Source of the DNA: Penicillus capitatus
Taxonomy: Eukaryota; Plantae; Chlorophyta
Reading direction: 5' to 3'
NCBI GenBank assembly: GCA_965649825.1
Contig: OZ287698.1
Span: 1,007,949-1,071,948, forward strand
Length of the DNA stretch: 64,000 nucleotides
Shown here: in pieces, positions 1 through 12,245 of the stretch
How positions within the stretch are numbered: the stretch's first letter is position 1
How the letters are laid out: each line of letters opens with the position of its first letter
Program-made: the position numbers and the translations under genes
Notes under the pieces: generated by a model
What the model was told of the DNA's origin: nothing
Seen by the model: the letters and a program-made list of their open reading frames with translations, nothing else
Databases searched by the model: none

Positions 1-333
1 TCATCTGATGTGTTCATCCCTGCGTTATTGATGAGAAGAGTGATTGGCTGATCGCCTAAGCTTCTTGCAAACGTGCGAACATTTTCGATCGAACTTGCGT
101 CCAGCGTGGGTCCAACTTCGACGATTCGATCTGGATAGCCGTCTATGATCTCTTGCTGGACCTCGAAAGCCAAGGAGCGGTTGCGACAGGCCAGGACAAC
201 ACGATAGCCTTCGCATGCTAGCTTCTTTGCAACTTCCCTGCCGAAAGTGACATCTCTTTAAGAAGCGACTTTCGAGGCGGGGAAGTTACTTTCCGATGCC
301 AGACGTGGCGCCCGTCACTACAGCTGTCTCCAT
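1..333 (-). CDS. Short-chain dehydrogenase/reductase (retinol dehydrogenase/WWOX-like), 5' part; gene runs off the window edge
   Basis: ATG at 333 gives METAVVTGATSGIGK (TGxxxGIG cofactor motif). GT-AG intron 238-289, then EVAKKLACEGYRVVLACRN...LLINNAGM (NNAG motif). Confidence 0.9.
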
Positions 334-353
334 TATTGTCGTACAATTGAACG

Positions 354-1453
354 ATGCAGTGGATTGCGGAAACGATTCAAGGGCTCTTCGGTCAGTCCGA
401 TGACGACACCGACTCGAGTACCTTGCAGACGTCCGGCGTGTTGACGAAAGTCCGTCGACCAGAGGTCTCCCCACAAGACGTGATGTGCGGGTGGTGGCTT
501 TCAGGAACAAATACTCAGATTTTTCGATGCGGGGCACAAAATGTTTGATGACCCAAGTAGAGTGCCCGAGAAGAGACTTCTGTTGACAGTTGGTGTCTGT
601 AGTGGTGAAACTGAAGCTCAAAGAAGCAGCCGCTAGGCGACAGGTGTGAGAATACGAGATGACAGGTGTGACCATTGAGGTTCATGCTGGTCAGAATGTG
701 GATATGGTTATCACCGAGATGCAGAAGCAGATCTTTGAGTCCCAAGGCATCGGTGGCAATTTTGGCGTGGCATTTCTAGCAAAGATCCGCACACTCTATG
801 CAAATGATGCTGAAATGATACAGCAGCTCATGAAATTCGTGGAGCAGTAATACCTTTATCTTTGCCCCGTCCTGTCCCATCATTTCTTGGTCATTTAGTG
901 AAGAGCTGTCGTTGGATGAAGCCGAATTGACCATCGACGATTTCTTGAAGAAACTCGAGATTCGAGACTGGGCACTAAAACAGGTGAACATCTCTGCAAA
1001 CGGTGTGCAGATCTTTGTTAGCGATGTGGTGCAGTATGAGACAATGCAACAGCAAATGAAGAACATGACACCTCAGGAGCAGCGTAACTTGATCCTACAA
1101 CAACAGCTAATGATGAAAGAAGTTCAGAAAGAGGTTTTCTGTGCAATGAGCGGCAGCTAAAAGAGCAGTGTACAATCTTGTTGCTGTAGACTCAAATGAT
1201 TGTGAAGAATGCGGAGAGCATGAGTGCAGAGGAGAAGAAGAAGTACATTGATGAGCAAGTGAAGAGCCTACAAGACAGATTTCAGATTATCCCATCAGGT
1301 GGAGGGGGTGGAGGAGCGACTTCATCTCAGTGCGAGCACTGTGATCACGGTCCTGCAAGGATGCCCGCTACGCATGGACCCCCCTTGGGATCGGTAATGA
1401 CTCAAGAAGAGCAGTCCAACTTTTTCAAGGCGCTTTACAATGCTAAACGATAA
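354..1453 (+). CDS. Multi-exon hypothetical protein, probably conserved in the green lineage
   Basis: ORF pieces 354-548, 659-850, 912-1160 and 1196-1453 can be joined through short GT-AG introns (e.g. 843-ish gtaatacc...tttag). Coherent helical, Gln/Glu-rich product (QGIGGNFGVAFLAKIRTLYANDAEM...DEAELTIDDFLKKL). Exact splicing uncertain. Confidence 0.7.
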
Positions 1454-2669
1454 AGTGTGGTGCTGTCGATGTCATGTCCTCCTTCCTGTATCTGAGAACT
1501 GGTGCAAAGCTGATCACTGTTCTGTGAGTTCTCTCCATTTTTGTCACAATGAGATGGCGCGATCTGCAAAGTTCGATGGAAGAACAGGGGCGCCGCCCAG
1601 ACAACGGAGCTGTAGAATGTGCTGTTGAATCAGACGACCTCCCCCATAACAAGCGGTAGCTTACAGGTTGCGTCTGACCGATCGGTCCTGCTTAGCAGCT
1701 GGAGCAGTCTAGCGAAGTTCACCAGGTTTTTCTATTTTGTACAAAGGTTCGATGCGCAGCATGCGCGATCTATGTGAGTTTTGCTGCACAGATGCCGATT
1801 TAGCGACAAGTTACTGCGCGAGGACGAAACTGTGACGTAGATGTTCTAGGAAGAAGCACTATAAAAGCCTACACGAGCTTCTCGCTCTTCACTTTCGCAA
1901 GTTTGCTTTCGCTCTTCGCGCTAAAACTGAAAGAGATTCTTTAAATATTCGTTGCGCATCCGAGTCAAGAAGCGACAAACAAGAGAACATTGTTGATAAT
2001 CTCCATTTCGCCTTGAGTAAGCGGGTCGCCAGTGAATCAAGAACAAGAATTTATAGACCGTCTAAGAAGTGCAGGGTCGCTTGTCTCGATTCATTCTGCA
2101 ATGCAATGGTCCTTTCAACAGGGACACGCGTTCCAGACAGTTTTGTCTGGCATTCATTGGGCGCATTGACTGCAGTCGCATCTCTTTCTGCCGAACTCTG
2201 TCATCCTTGCCTCTATTCCTCACTACACAGTTCGTGCAAATCACGTCACTGGTTGAGAATTGCATCGACGGCGCTCTGTGTCCATTCTCGATTTGTCATA
2301 TACTCACCAAGGAAGACATCAGCATTTCACCTCGACCGCGCTTAGACTGGAAAGAGAGAGCATATCACAAACTGAGATTCGAGGACACATTGACCGATTC
2401 ACACGGTGACACAAGTGAAACAGACCGAGTCCGCGAAAAAAGGCGACGGATACAACGCAGAGAATTGGCTCTTCTGCAATCTCACAGTTTGAACCTCTGT
2501 TGCCTGGCAAAGTAAAGAGACTTCATTCTAGAAAGACGCATTTGCAGTTTGAAGTTCAAGGCATAGTGGATGGTCCCTTTTGGCGCTTCCGCACCGCCGG
2601 TTGGGAGGTGGCTTTCCGATGCACTCACTTGTCGTACAGCGAAAGAGGTGCTACTGTTAAGGCACTTAG

Positions 2670-2765
2670 CTCGGAATCCGCCCACAGTTTTTTATCGGTC
2701 CCTTTCTTTCGCCCGCAATTCTGCTGAACACTTGCTAAACCACATCTGCTTCTTGGAACGTCAAC
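2670..2765 (+). promoter_or_regulatory. Conserved non-coding leader shared with lectin copy 3, with two CCGCCC(A/G)CA motifs
   Basis: Aligns by eye with the reverse complement of 50286-50380 (ccgcccgcaatt...aaccaca.ctg.ttcttg.aacgtcaacATG). Confidence 0.6.
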
Positions 2766-3250
2766 ATGAAGAGCTTTGTGCTTTGTTTTTTCCTCTTCGG
2801 TGGGCTTAGCTCGACGGCGTACGCTTATGTGACGGAAGAAAGTGCGAACACCGAACATAACGTTCCAAACGCCTTCCACTACAGAGGTCGGATTTTCGTA
2901 AGCTGTTGCGTCGCAGACGAACAGGCTTCTGCTTTTCAGGCATCACGTTTGCCACCGGGGCTGTCACTTTCAATAGGATTGGTTCCACCTCCCAATGTCC
3001 AACGAGGCCTTGGACACCTCAGCAAACCACCGTTCGTGAGAAAAGCACTAAGGTCAACTTCGACATCGATTTCTACATGCCTCCGCACGTCACCGTTTGG
3101 CTGACCACGCTGGATTCCGAAGACAGCAAGAACGTTCGTTACGATATCAGCGCGTCTGATATCACGAACACGGGTTGCGTCATTCACTTTAATACGTGGT
3201 GCAACACGTACACCCATAGAGCCATCGTCTCGTATCAAGCTATCGGGTAA
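2766..3250 (+). CDS. Secreted H-type lectin (copy 1)
   Basis: Signal peptide MKSFVLCFFLFGGLSSTAYA. Phase-1 GT-AG intron 2887-2939. Domain CPTRPW...VNFDIDFYMPPHVTVWLTTLD...RYDISASDITNTGCVIHFNTWCNT...VSYQAIG* fits the H-type lectin pattern. Confidence 0.85.
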
Positions 3251-3806
3251 AGCGCCCGTCATTTAGACAAACAATCGCTCTTTGAGGAACGTCGCGTGTT
3301 ATAGAGTTGCTCCGTACTGATTTGGCTCTGGTTTTGATTTGATTTCAGACACAGCGAGACCCCCATTGTGTGTCACAGATTGGCAATTCGGTGGGCAGGC
3401 GTCTTTCTGTTTCTGCGAAGTTTTGCAGAAAGACGCAAGAGGAGTTTGTCAGAATACTGTTTGAACGGTGAAAACAATATTTGGGGAAAAAGAGTAATAG
3501 CTAGATCTTTGCTCAGTGACGGATGTAGATCTTTCGCCGGCAGGAATTGCGCACAGCCAGGGAAACGAGAACTCGGTGACCACGAACGTCGCGGCAGGAT
3601 TCACCACTGTTCAATCCGCCACTCTGAGAGGGGACTCAGAAACAACGTTTCAAACACTGCAGTAGTCAAGAGGCACTTTGGTAACGTCACATCAACGAAG
3701 CTTTCAAAAGAACGAGGTTGCTAGAGGACACGCAGTGGTAGAGATCTCTGCAGTTTAACACTTGTCCCGTTAGCCTTTCTAAAAGAACCAGCACTACGAC
3801 AGTACT

Positions 3807-4815
3807 TCAATCAGAATTGTCCCCAGACGAACTGGATGTGCTTTCTTCATCTATTTCTTCTAGCTCGGGGTTCAACACAAAAGATGATACGCCTGGCTGA
3901 AAGATTTCAGAAAATGGCTTTACATCTGCAGCTGTTCCAGGAGACCCTCCTTCGTCCATCGCCGAACTTTCATCCTTGATCTCCGGTATACTTCTGTCAT
4001 ACTCTATTTTGGACGATAGCGCCTCTTCTTCGATTTTGATCCTTTTGCCTGGACTCAGTAGATTCTCTTCTCTGTCAGACGAAGCATCATTCCCTTTGGC
4101 TTTGCTCTCGTTCAGAGAACGATAATGAACATCGAAGTCATGCATTTTGGAAGCCAGAAACTGCGGAGCCTGAGGAGCTGGGGGCTTAAATGCCCTTAGC
4201 TGATCTCCCATCTCAAAGCCTGGAGTGAGACGATGGTGCCATCAGCATCTATGAATGTTTTACCCGGAGGGGCGAAGGATGAAAACGCAAGGCGGTGAGA
4301 CATCAACATGATTTCCTTCGCAGCGCCAAGACTGGGCTTCAATCCTTCGAAATCTGGGTCTCTGTCCAAAACATGAACATAGCGCTTCATCAGTTCCTGC
4401 GACGTCGACAGAGAACTCTAGACGCATGCCATTCCATTCAGAAGGCTAAGAGGGGTGATACAGGTCATATGTTTGTTACCCTCAGATCGCGTTTGAATGT
4501 ATCGAGTGCCTCATTGCAACGCTGAAATGCTTCTTGCGATTCCGACAGAGCGGCTGCGCTTTCTGTCACGCTCTCGGATGAATGTTGCCACACGATGACA
4601 GACAGTCGCGTTACCTTCACGGCAATCGTTGCGTGTTCTGTACAATTCTGTCGTCGCTTCCACGAGCTCATTTCGAAGGACCTCTTTGTCCTGCAGCAGG
4701 CCTGCGACACTCTTGATTCGCTCCTTTAGCTCGTCGAGGCTCATCTAGAACATCAAAGTGACGCACGTGTTCATGCGAGATGCGCCATGTAAAGCGCGAC
4801 AGCTACCTTCTGCAT
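3807..4815 (-). CDS. MED4: Mediator of RNA polymerase II transcription subunit 4
   Basis: After splicing reads EIMLMSHRLAFSSFAPPG|FEMGDQLRAFKPPAPQAPQFLAS, the MED4 C-terminal signature, preceded by a coiled-coil and followed by an acidic tail. Start (MQK|MSLDEL) inferred through an intron. Confidence 0.8.
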
Positions 4816-5095
4816 GGTAAAGCTTGAGATTTGTCCTCCTAGAAACTCGAATGAAACCAGGTGCTCTGAAAAACATTCATGTGTTTCCTGTGCATTGGCG
4901 GTCAAAAAACGTCTTGTCACTTTAGCGGCTATTGACGTCAAGGCTCAACGTTTTTGAGCAACGTCGACTGCTGTTGCATTGTAGTGGTCGCTATGGAAGC
5001 ATGTCTCCTACCGAAGCGATGAATCATCTGTCGGTAGGGATTGATGTCATCGTTTTGAAATCCATCGACGCCATTCAACCAGCGACTTGTCGAAC

Positions 5096-5217
5096 ATCGA
5101 TTCACCGATTGGAGCTCGACGATCGATCGATTCACCGATTGGAGCTCGACGATCGATCGATTCACCGATTGGAGCTCGACGATCGATCGATTCACCGATT
5201 GGAGCTCGACGATCGAT
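5096..5217. repeat. 30-nt tandem repeat, ~4 perfect copies (ttcaccgattggagctcgacgatcgatcga)
   Basis: Units read directly at 5101, 5131, 5161 and 5191 (last one partial); 5 CpG per unit. Confidence 0.95.
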
Positions 5218-5299
5218 GTCTATCGAAACGCTGTCCCCATCAACGTTGTAACATGCAACTGTTGCCCAATCGGATCGAATGATGGATAAACAAATTTCA

Positions 5300-8200
5300 A
5301 ACTTTTGAAAGCCTTGTGACATGTAGCTCACGCTACGTAATGCCACCAACCAGAGTTGCGACTGTTTCAATGAGGTTCCTCAGAGAGACGTTTCCCAACG
5401 ACAATCCTGTGTTCTCGTCCACTATCTTTTTTATCTCGCTAACGATCTTGGCCACTCGACATCGTCGAGATTCAATATATGCCTATGTAGGATGCTTTCC
5501 GTTGAATTCTGACTTCCAGACTTTCTTCGTATGAATGTACCTGTTACGCGCTTCGGGCCGAGGACTCAGTGCTTTGAGTGACGACGAAGAGACACGTGAA
5601 ACGACAGAGAATCCGCGACGCACCTTATGTACAGTGATGTGACATGACACTTAGCTCTGTGTACTGAGTAATCATCATGTTCTCTCGCCAAATCCTTACA
5701 GAACCACGACTCTCACTCGACCACAGCCATTCTCATAGATCTCACTCGAATCCTACAGAGTCTGATGGGACATTAACCCTCTAGATGCGCTCTGCGCCAC
5801 AAAAACACATACCTCACGCTAATGAGGCCGCGCATGACTGCTCTGCGCTGAACATCCACCGAATCTGGCCTGAAGGCCTACTTACCTATATAAATCTACT
5901 GCGCGCACCTGAAAAGACAACTCGCGTAACAATCTAATCCAGCAACGTCAAGAACAAGCCGCAGAACCGTTCAATTTCGAGCCCCCAAAGCCGTGAGCAC
6001 TGCCCAGTCCACCAGAACCCTGTCTCTCGAGTCGCCGCTGCCAGAAAGCGCCGTCACAGAACGCCTCAACCGAGTTCGTGCCACTTCACTGTAACACGGG
6101 CAACTTCCCGCAGAGGGCGTCGCTTGGGTTGAGACTCGACGAGAAGGCATCTCCGGAGACCCGCTATCCAACGCCGAAGACAGTGCCCCGAACGACTGCC
6201 CTGTCACTAAGAACCGCGAAGTTGCATGACGCGCAGATTCAGGTGTAACGCGAATGCATCGAAAGACGATACGTCCGAGGACGCCGTATGTGTAGAAACG
6301 CATATGACGCCCTCGACCGTAGGAGGAGGCCAAGAACACGAGCAACACGACTTCCGCTGTGCAAATGTCACATCAAACGCATCACCCAGAGTAAACGGCC
6401 CGCCGCCTCTAATCGCCAGCGGCCGGAGGTGGACGGGTGCGCCACAAAACCTTATTAGGAGCCTTTGCACCTATCCTGTCGTCGAATTTTTTGTCAATTG
6501 CACTCATCATGTTCGTCATAATGCTTACGCGCATCTTCTCCAGTGCAGAATGTCCCCGGCGATGGGACTATTGTCTCGCTGAATTAGGCTTCACCCTGTC
6601 AGGGGGTGCTGGTTGAGTCATCCGAGGCCTTTTTCTCTGGCTCTGGCGCTAGGATGAATCACCTGCCCGGAAAGTCACCTCACCGCGCGCGTATTTAATG
6701 GCAACTTTGAACCAGTGAAAGACCTGCTCTGTAAACAGCAAAGTAATCCGCTGGTTTGCGTTTTCTGCGTGGCGCCTACGCGTGACATAGACTGAAAAGA
6801 CATCGGGGTCGGTCGGGTCCCGGGGATCGGGGTCGGTCGGGTCCCGGGGATCGGGGTCGGTCGGGTCCCGGGGATCGGGGTCGGTCGGGTCCCGGGGATC
6901 GGGGTCGGTCGGGTCCCGGGGATCGGGGTCGGTCGGGTCCCGGGGATCGGGGTCGGTCGGGTCCCGGGGATCGGGGTCGGTCGGGTCCCGGGGATCGGGG
7001 TCGGTCGGGTCCCGGGGATCGGGGTCGGTCGGGTCCCGGGGATCGGGGTCGGTCGGGTCCCGGGGATCGGGGTCGGTCGGGTCCCGGGGATCGGGGTCGG
7101 TCGGGTCCCGGGGATCGGGGTCGGTCGGGTCCCGGGGATCGGGGTCGGTCGGGTCCCGGGGATCGGGGTCGTTGCGCTTGTTTGGGGAATTACAGGCATG
7201 AATCTTAATATTCCTGTCTTTAGAGGCTCGATCGTGTCTGATCGTACGGCAACAGCCATCGATCATTATCGTCCGCGGCCTGCCAAGGACCAGCTGTCGG
7301 TTATGTTGTCAACAGTGACGCCTGTCGTTACGATCGCTTTCTGAATAGTGTTACATATCATTGATGATCCAGGACAGCTTTTCTTGTTGCTCGTCGCAGC
7401 AGTTTCGATGAACGATTCGTTAAGTAGATTCATCGATGCGTCGAAATCAAACTCCATCGAGTCCTTGTTTACTGTTATCGAATTCGATCCGATTAGTTGT
7501 GTATTAATCTTCATAAAGCGCGAACGACGCAGATCTTTCTCTCTGAGAGTCGACTGTTTATGACAACGCAAATCGATTGTCGTCAACCGATCGACATTCG
7601 AAACAATCTTAATCGAGCAGACATGGCTCTATTGAAGACGTTTAGATGCGAAGGGGATGCAAAATCAGTCAGCGAGTTTTAGAAAATGAAACCGCGTGGA
7701 ATCCTTAGCTCTTCCAGATCTGGTTTCGTTGAGAGCTTCTTGGCAGCTTCTTCTGTGCGAGCGCGATCGTATCGATGCAGGTCGATCTAGAAGACATCTG
7801 TCACGCTTTCACTTGGGTGTCACATCGTCTGCCTTGTTTTTTCGGGGTTCATCATCCGAAGGGGCCGCTCGTGTAAGCTTCGCGTCATCTCAATGTTCCT
7901 TTTCTATGGCTCTGAGGGGCAGATGACTATCCTGTCCAGTCACATCGTGATACAAATAAGTAAATGTGAACCTGTAGATACCTTTTGCTCTGTAAGTATT
8001 AAGTCTTCCGCTGTTTGTTCGTTAAGCACGCCGCCTCCCGCGTGACATGGTTTCGGAGCCGAAGGACGACAGAGAAGGCTGCTGTATGAGCGGTGGCATT
8101 CCTCCTCGCTCCTCGGACTGAGAGAATTTGCAACCGACGAGGTAATGCGTTAAGATGACGAAGTCGCTGCTAAGAGAAGACGGTGTGTGTCTCTGCGCTT

Positions 8201-8540
8201 CTGAAGAAAATGAAGATGGACACGGTTCACAGGGATTCCGGCGATAGAATTCGGTCATCGAAGACTGTCGACTTTCTTAGACATTTTTGCGAAGGCGGCG
8301 TCTTAGTTACGTTTCGCAGAAGCTGTGTGCTTTGCGCTCCCCCCATGTGGAGGTTGAGTTCTGTCTTCGCGTCCTTCTATGTGAAGATCGAGTCCTGTTG
8401 TTCGGAGTTTGCGCAAGCGGAAAGAGGATGGCGACATGTCAAAAGAAAGCTGTCCAGCTTCGTGTAGATGACCAAGGAGAGGCGGAGTATGATGTTAGTG
8501 CGTTAGATAAGATGTGTCAGTTCTTACCTGCCGTATAAAA
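5300..8540. mobile_element. Possible degenerate transposon/repeat-derived interval
   Basis: No recognisable host gene. Contains two minisatellites, a C/A-rich segment with TATATAAA at ~5887 (LTR-like), a purine run agggggtg at ~6601 and interrupted reading frames. No RT, integrase or transposase motif recognised. Confidence 0.25.
6802..7171. repeat. 24-nt G-rich minisatellite, 15 perfect copies plus a partial one (atcggggtcggtcgggtcccgggg)
   Basis: Unit phase checked at 6802, 6826 ... 7162. No stop codons in any frame; runs of G4/G3/G4 per unit. Confidence 0.97.
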
Positions 8541-9110
8541 TTCAGACCACAGACGCTTGAACAATCTTTGTAAACGATATGCCTTCGTCGTTTGTTCGCG
8601 TTTCTGCGCGTCCGAGCGACAAGGCTGTGAGAACATCGTTATCATGACGTTCGGAGAAATACATTCCACGGAGTTGCCAAATCAGTCGATACCTTAATAT
8701 TCGTTTGTTTGATAATTGACCAGAAACATTTCGGACGATTCTCTCTTCGTTTAACTGCGTATATATAATTCCATATTTACATGGCTTTTGCGTTCACATG
8801 TACCATGAGGTTTAACAGATATAATTGCGAATGTCGGAGAACTAAATTCATCCAAACGCAGTCGGCGAATTGTATAAGAACCTCGATCAGTTCCATCTGG
8901 ACTAATTATATCGTCCAAACAAATACGATCGTATCTGCGAAACAGATGCACTTCGGTCAAGCATCACCGTATTCGACCGTATGCACCGATTCCGGACAAA
9001 CATACTAGATGCTCCGTGCGGAATCTACATAGTAGCGGTCTCGACGTTGACCACACGAGAAGCATTTCTCTTCATGCGAATGGCTGTATAGCAGGAAGTT
9101 ATTTAAAACG

Positions 9111-10598
9111 ATGCCAAAGGGAAGAGCATCGCGTCGTCGCAAAGAACAGCGTCCGACAGCGACGCAACTTCACCCAAAACCACGTCCGACTCAAAACTCC
9201 ACGTCCTGAGGACACGACCCTAAGCGGTATACGTATACGTTTCTGTAGAATTCCAGGCATCCGAAATTCGCGACTTCTCAAAATTGCCCGAAGCGCTCAT
9301 CGTCACGATTCTGCTGAAGCTGCCCGTTGAAGATATCTGTTCTACCATCTGTTCCTGCCGCGCATTCAAGAATGCCGTGTCTGAGAATCACTTCTGGCAA
9401 GATTACTGTTTTCTACACTGGGGACAGAAGACCGAGCCAGCAGATTGGTTGATAACCTGCTCCACTTCTCGCATTCCAAATCTACCACAGCCACAGAACT
9501 ATAGGTCGAGCCACAACGTCGTTTCTCGACATGCCTGCATCATCGAGCTGTAGAGCTTTGACTTTGTGGTTCAGTCAGCTGGATTCTTTCGTGGATTTTT
9601 GGCGGGGACCTGTTGACGCTTACACTGGGCAGCGAGACTTATTCAAGTTTATCTGGCTGCCAAATTGCATTGCCTGTTGTAACCTAGCCTCGCACACAAC
9701 GCGAGACATGATGTACATTAGTCCCCATCACTGTATTACAGGTATGGATGATGCTGACTGGCACCATAGATAGAAGCTGACTGAGTGCATGCCAGGAAAA
9801 ATTGTCGATGATGATCACTGTATTCTGTGGGATTATGGAGAAAGCAGTTTACTGGTCGGATGCTCTTCAGCTGCTACGGCCGCTGCGTCTGTCGCTGTTG
9901 GGCTCTTGTCAAACTCACAGACAGATCAATCATCGAGCTTTGAATCGGAGATGATGCTGTATCTTCAAGTGGGCTATGGAGAATGGCTCTGCTGTTGCAA
10001 ATGGCATTTCTTGTTCTAGTCTACAGTGTGTTCGAAGAGGAAGAAAGCACGGCAGCGATCTCAAAGGGCTGTTATGGTTCCGCACATGCACCATTTCACG
10101 CGATTGCCTGTGCCTTCCTCGACAAAGCATACATGGCTGACGGGATTATGGTCTCGGGACTTTAGCAGTCAGAGTATGGCATCTACGCTCTTCGAGGCCA
10201 TCTTGATTCAATATGACTATTCTGGAAGCAGAGCACAGATTTGCAGCAAATGGATCGCAGGAACAGATCCGCCGCCAGAAGGCAAGGGAGCCGCCACCAG
10301 TCACATCACTTTCCTAGATTTTTTGTGGAATGGATTGGGTACAGGGAATGTATTGTGGAGAGTCTCTGCGAGACCGACGGTGGGACAGTCATCATCTGCC
10401 TTCAGCGATCTCAGATATGAAGGATCGGGTTCTGTCTGGGATGAAGTCAGAGCGCAATACATAGAGGGTACCCAGGGGACACTGGAGGTTGCGTCTAAGG
10501 ATTGCATCTCCTTCAAGTGGCCTCGATTCGGCCCAGAACAAGGTTGCATCACCTATCACCGCCTCGTTGCCGACACGACCAGTCAAAAATGCATGTAA
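9111..10598 (+). CDS. F-box protein (multi-exon)
   Basis: F-box motif FSKLPEALIVTILLKLPVEDICSTICSCRAFKNAVSENHFWQDYC at ~9275-9410. Further exons extend to TAA at 10596-10598. The start at 9111 is inferred through a putative intron. Confidence 0.75.
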
Positions 10599-10640
10599 CA
10601 GTATCGACCATGGGATCGCTATGTTGAGCAAGCACTCTAT

Positions 10641-12183
10641 CTACTGGTCCTCATTAGAGGTTTTTGAAATTGAGTTTCCGTCTACGACGCACTGTTTCTT
10701 TCTTGCCTCTTGATCTTGATCCTCTACAGTGGTGTCGGGAGCGTTGTTTTCTTCATATAAGATTTTGATTCCTGACAGAATGTAGCCGCTGGGACACTTG
10801 GCATCCATCATTGGCCGCGTTCTGCCAGCCAGCACCTGCACACAAGCTCGCATGTCATAATCGCCTGTTGTTTTTGTCATACTTGATACTCTCTCCACCA
10901 CAGATCTTGCAACTCCACCATAATGACGTCTTTTCGTTCGAGGAGGAGATGTTGGCACTCCACAAGTGCTGTTAACCCAGAACTGTAGATCGCAAAGCAG
11001 GCCGATGGTGACAACAGTGGCAGAACGCCTTCGATCATAGCGGATGGATGCACTTTCCAGTCGGACATAAGACAGCAATCGAACCCGCGAATCAACCAGC
11101 TTCTTAGTCGCTCGGGCGGTATCGAGCCTTTTTTAACGAGTTCTTGAAAAATGGGAGTGATTGAAATATCCATCCCATCCATGTCCTCTTTCCCCTTCTC
11201 CTCATCTAACCTTTTCAGATCGATCAGATCTGTGAGAGGAACTTTGAAGAGATTTGCAGGCGGCTGCGATGAGAATCGCTTCAGGCTTTCTAGCTTACAC
11301 GGTTTCTTGCCAAAGTACCCAACACAGATATCGCCAAACCCACCCAATCTTTCAGCTACCGATGCTGCGATCAGGCCCAGACAGTTATCGACCACGAGAA
11401 CCTACACAACACACGGTCAGTTGGCGATGCCCGCTCGCACTGTTGCCTGACACGACGATAGGCGCCGACATTTGCCAGTGAGAGCATCGTCGATAATGTG
11501 TCCACCCTGAGAAACCCTGCCTTCACGGCATACCAATCAAATTGCGTCTACACCATCCAGGCAGCAATAAGACGCATAGGAAGACAGATAACAAACGGTC
11601 CATGCCTCACAAACCGTCGCGATCGTTGGCCTCAGTGCCGAGAATGTCGTGCAGTACTTCTTGGTCTTGCGGCTCAGATACTTCTCCTGTGCAAATTCTG
11701 TTTTCCTCTCGTAGGTTTCGCTATTTTCGATCAGAGCCTCAATGATCTCGTTCCCGTGCTCGGCCTTCGCTTTGAGATCTTCAATCTCGTTCATCGAGAG
11801 TTTCTGGTTGTCAGCAACATCGATGACATCTCGATTGTCACGGCCATCCGTCACCATCTGAGCACGCATCCGACCCTTCAATCTGCCACAGAGCATGACA
11901 TCATCGCATCGCCCAGACGCTTTTCTGGATCGAACTCCTGAACACGTAGTGGCTTGTCTGTTCCCGGATGCAACTCGAAGACGCTTCCATAGGGTTGGTG
12001 CAGAAGGGCAGACAGTTCCTTTGGTATTCCAAATACCCTCACCTTTCTACACCTTCCCTCACAGACCAACCATGGACGGTCGCATCACTTGTGTTGTGTT
12101 AGAAAGAGGGAATTGAATTTGTTTTTGGCATTGAAGAGCACAACGGCGTCGCCCTCTTGCATTCTTTCGGCATCGTCCGTCAT
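10641..12183 (-). CDS. TRM6: tRNA (adenine-58-N1)-methyltransferase non-catalytic subunit (Gcd10/TRM6)
   Basis: Motifs QPYGSVFEL, DNRDVIDVADNQKLSMNEIEDLK, LIENSETYERKTEFAQEKYLSRKTKKY, GFLRVDTLSTMLSLANV and REYQ|VLAGRTRP. At least 5 introns, including a GC-AG intron at 11548-11605. Confidence 0.92.
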
Positions 12184-12245
12184 CTTCGCAAATGTGACAA
12201 AGATGATTAGATGCGACGACAGACCGTATGCGCTGTGTTCGTTCA

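Noticed and set aside
2013-2515. 110-aa and 148-aa ORFs upstream of lectin copy 1
   Set aside because: No recognisable motif or splice structure; probably chance ORFs.
5815-5885. Hammerhead-ribozyme-like CTAATGAG...GGCCTGAAGGCC
   Set aside because: The conserved core (CTGANGA and the following GAAA) is not satisfied and the helices could not be formed.
6802-7171. CRISPR array or telomeric repeat
   Set aside because: The units are contiguous with no spacers, the context is eukaryotic, and the unit does not resemble TTTAGGG-type telomeres.
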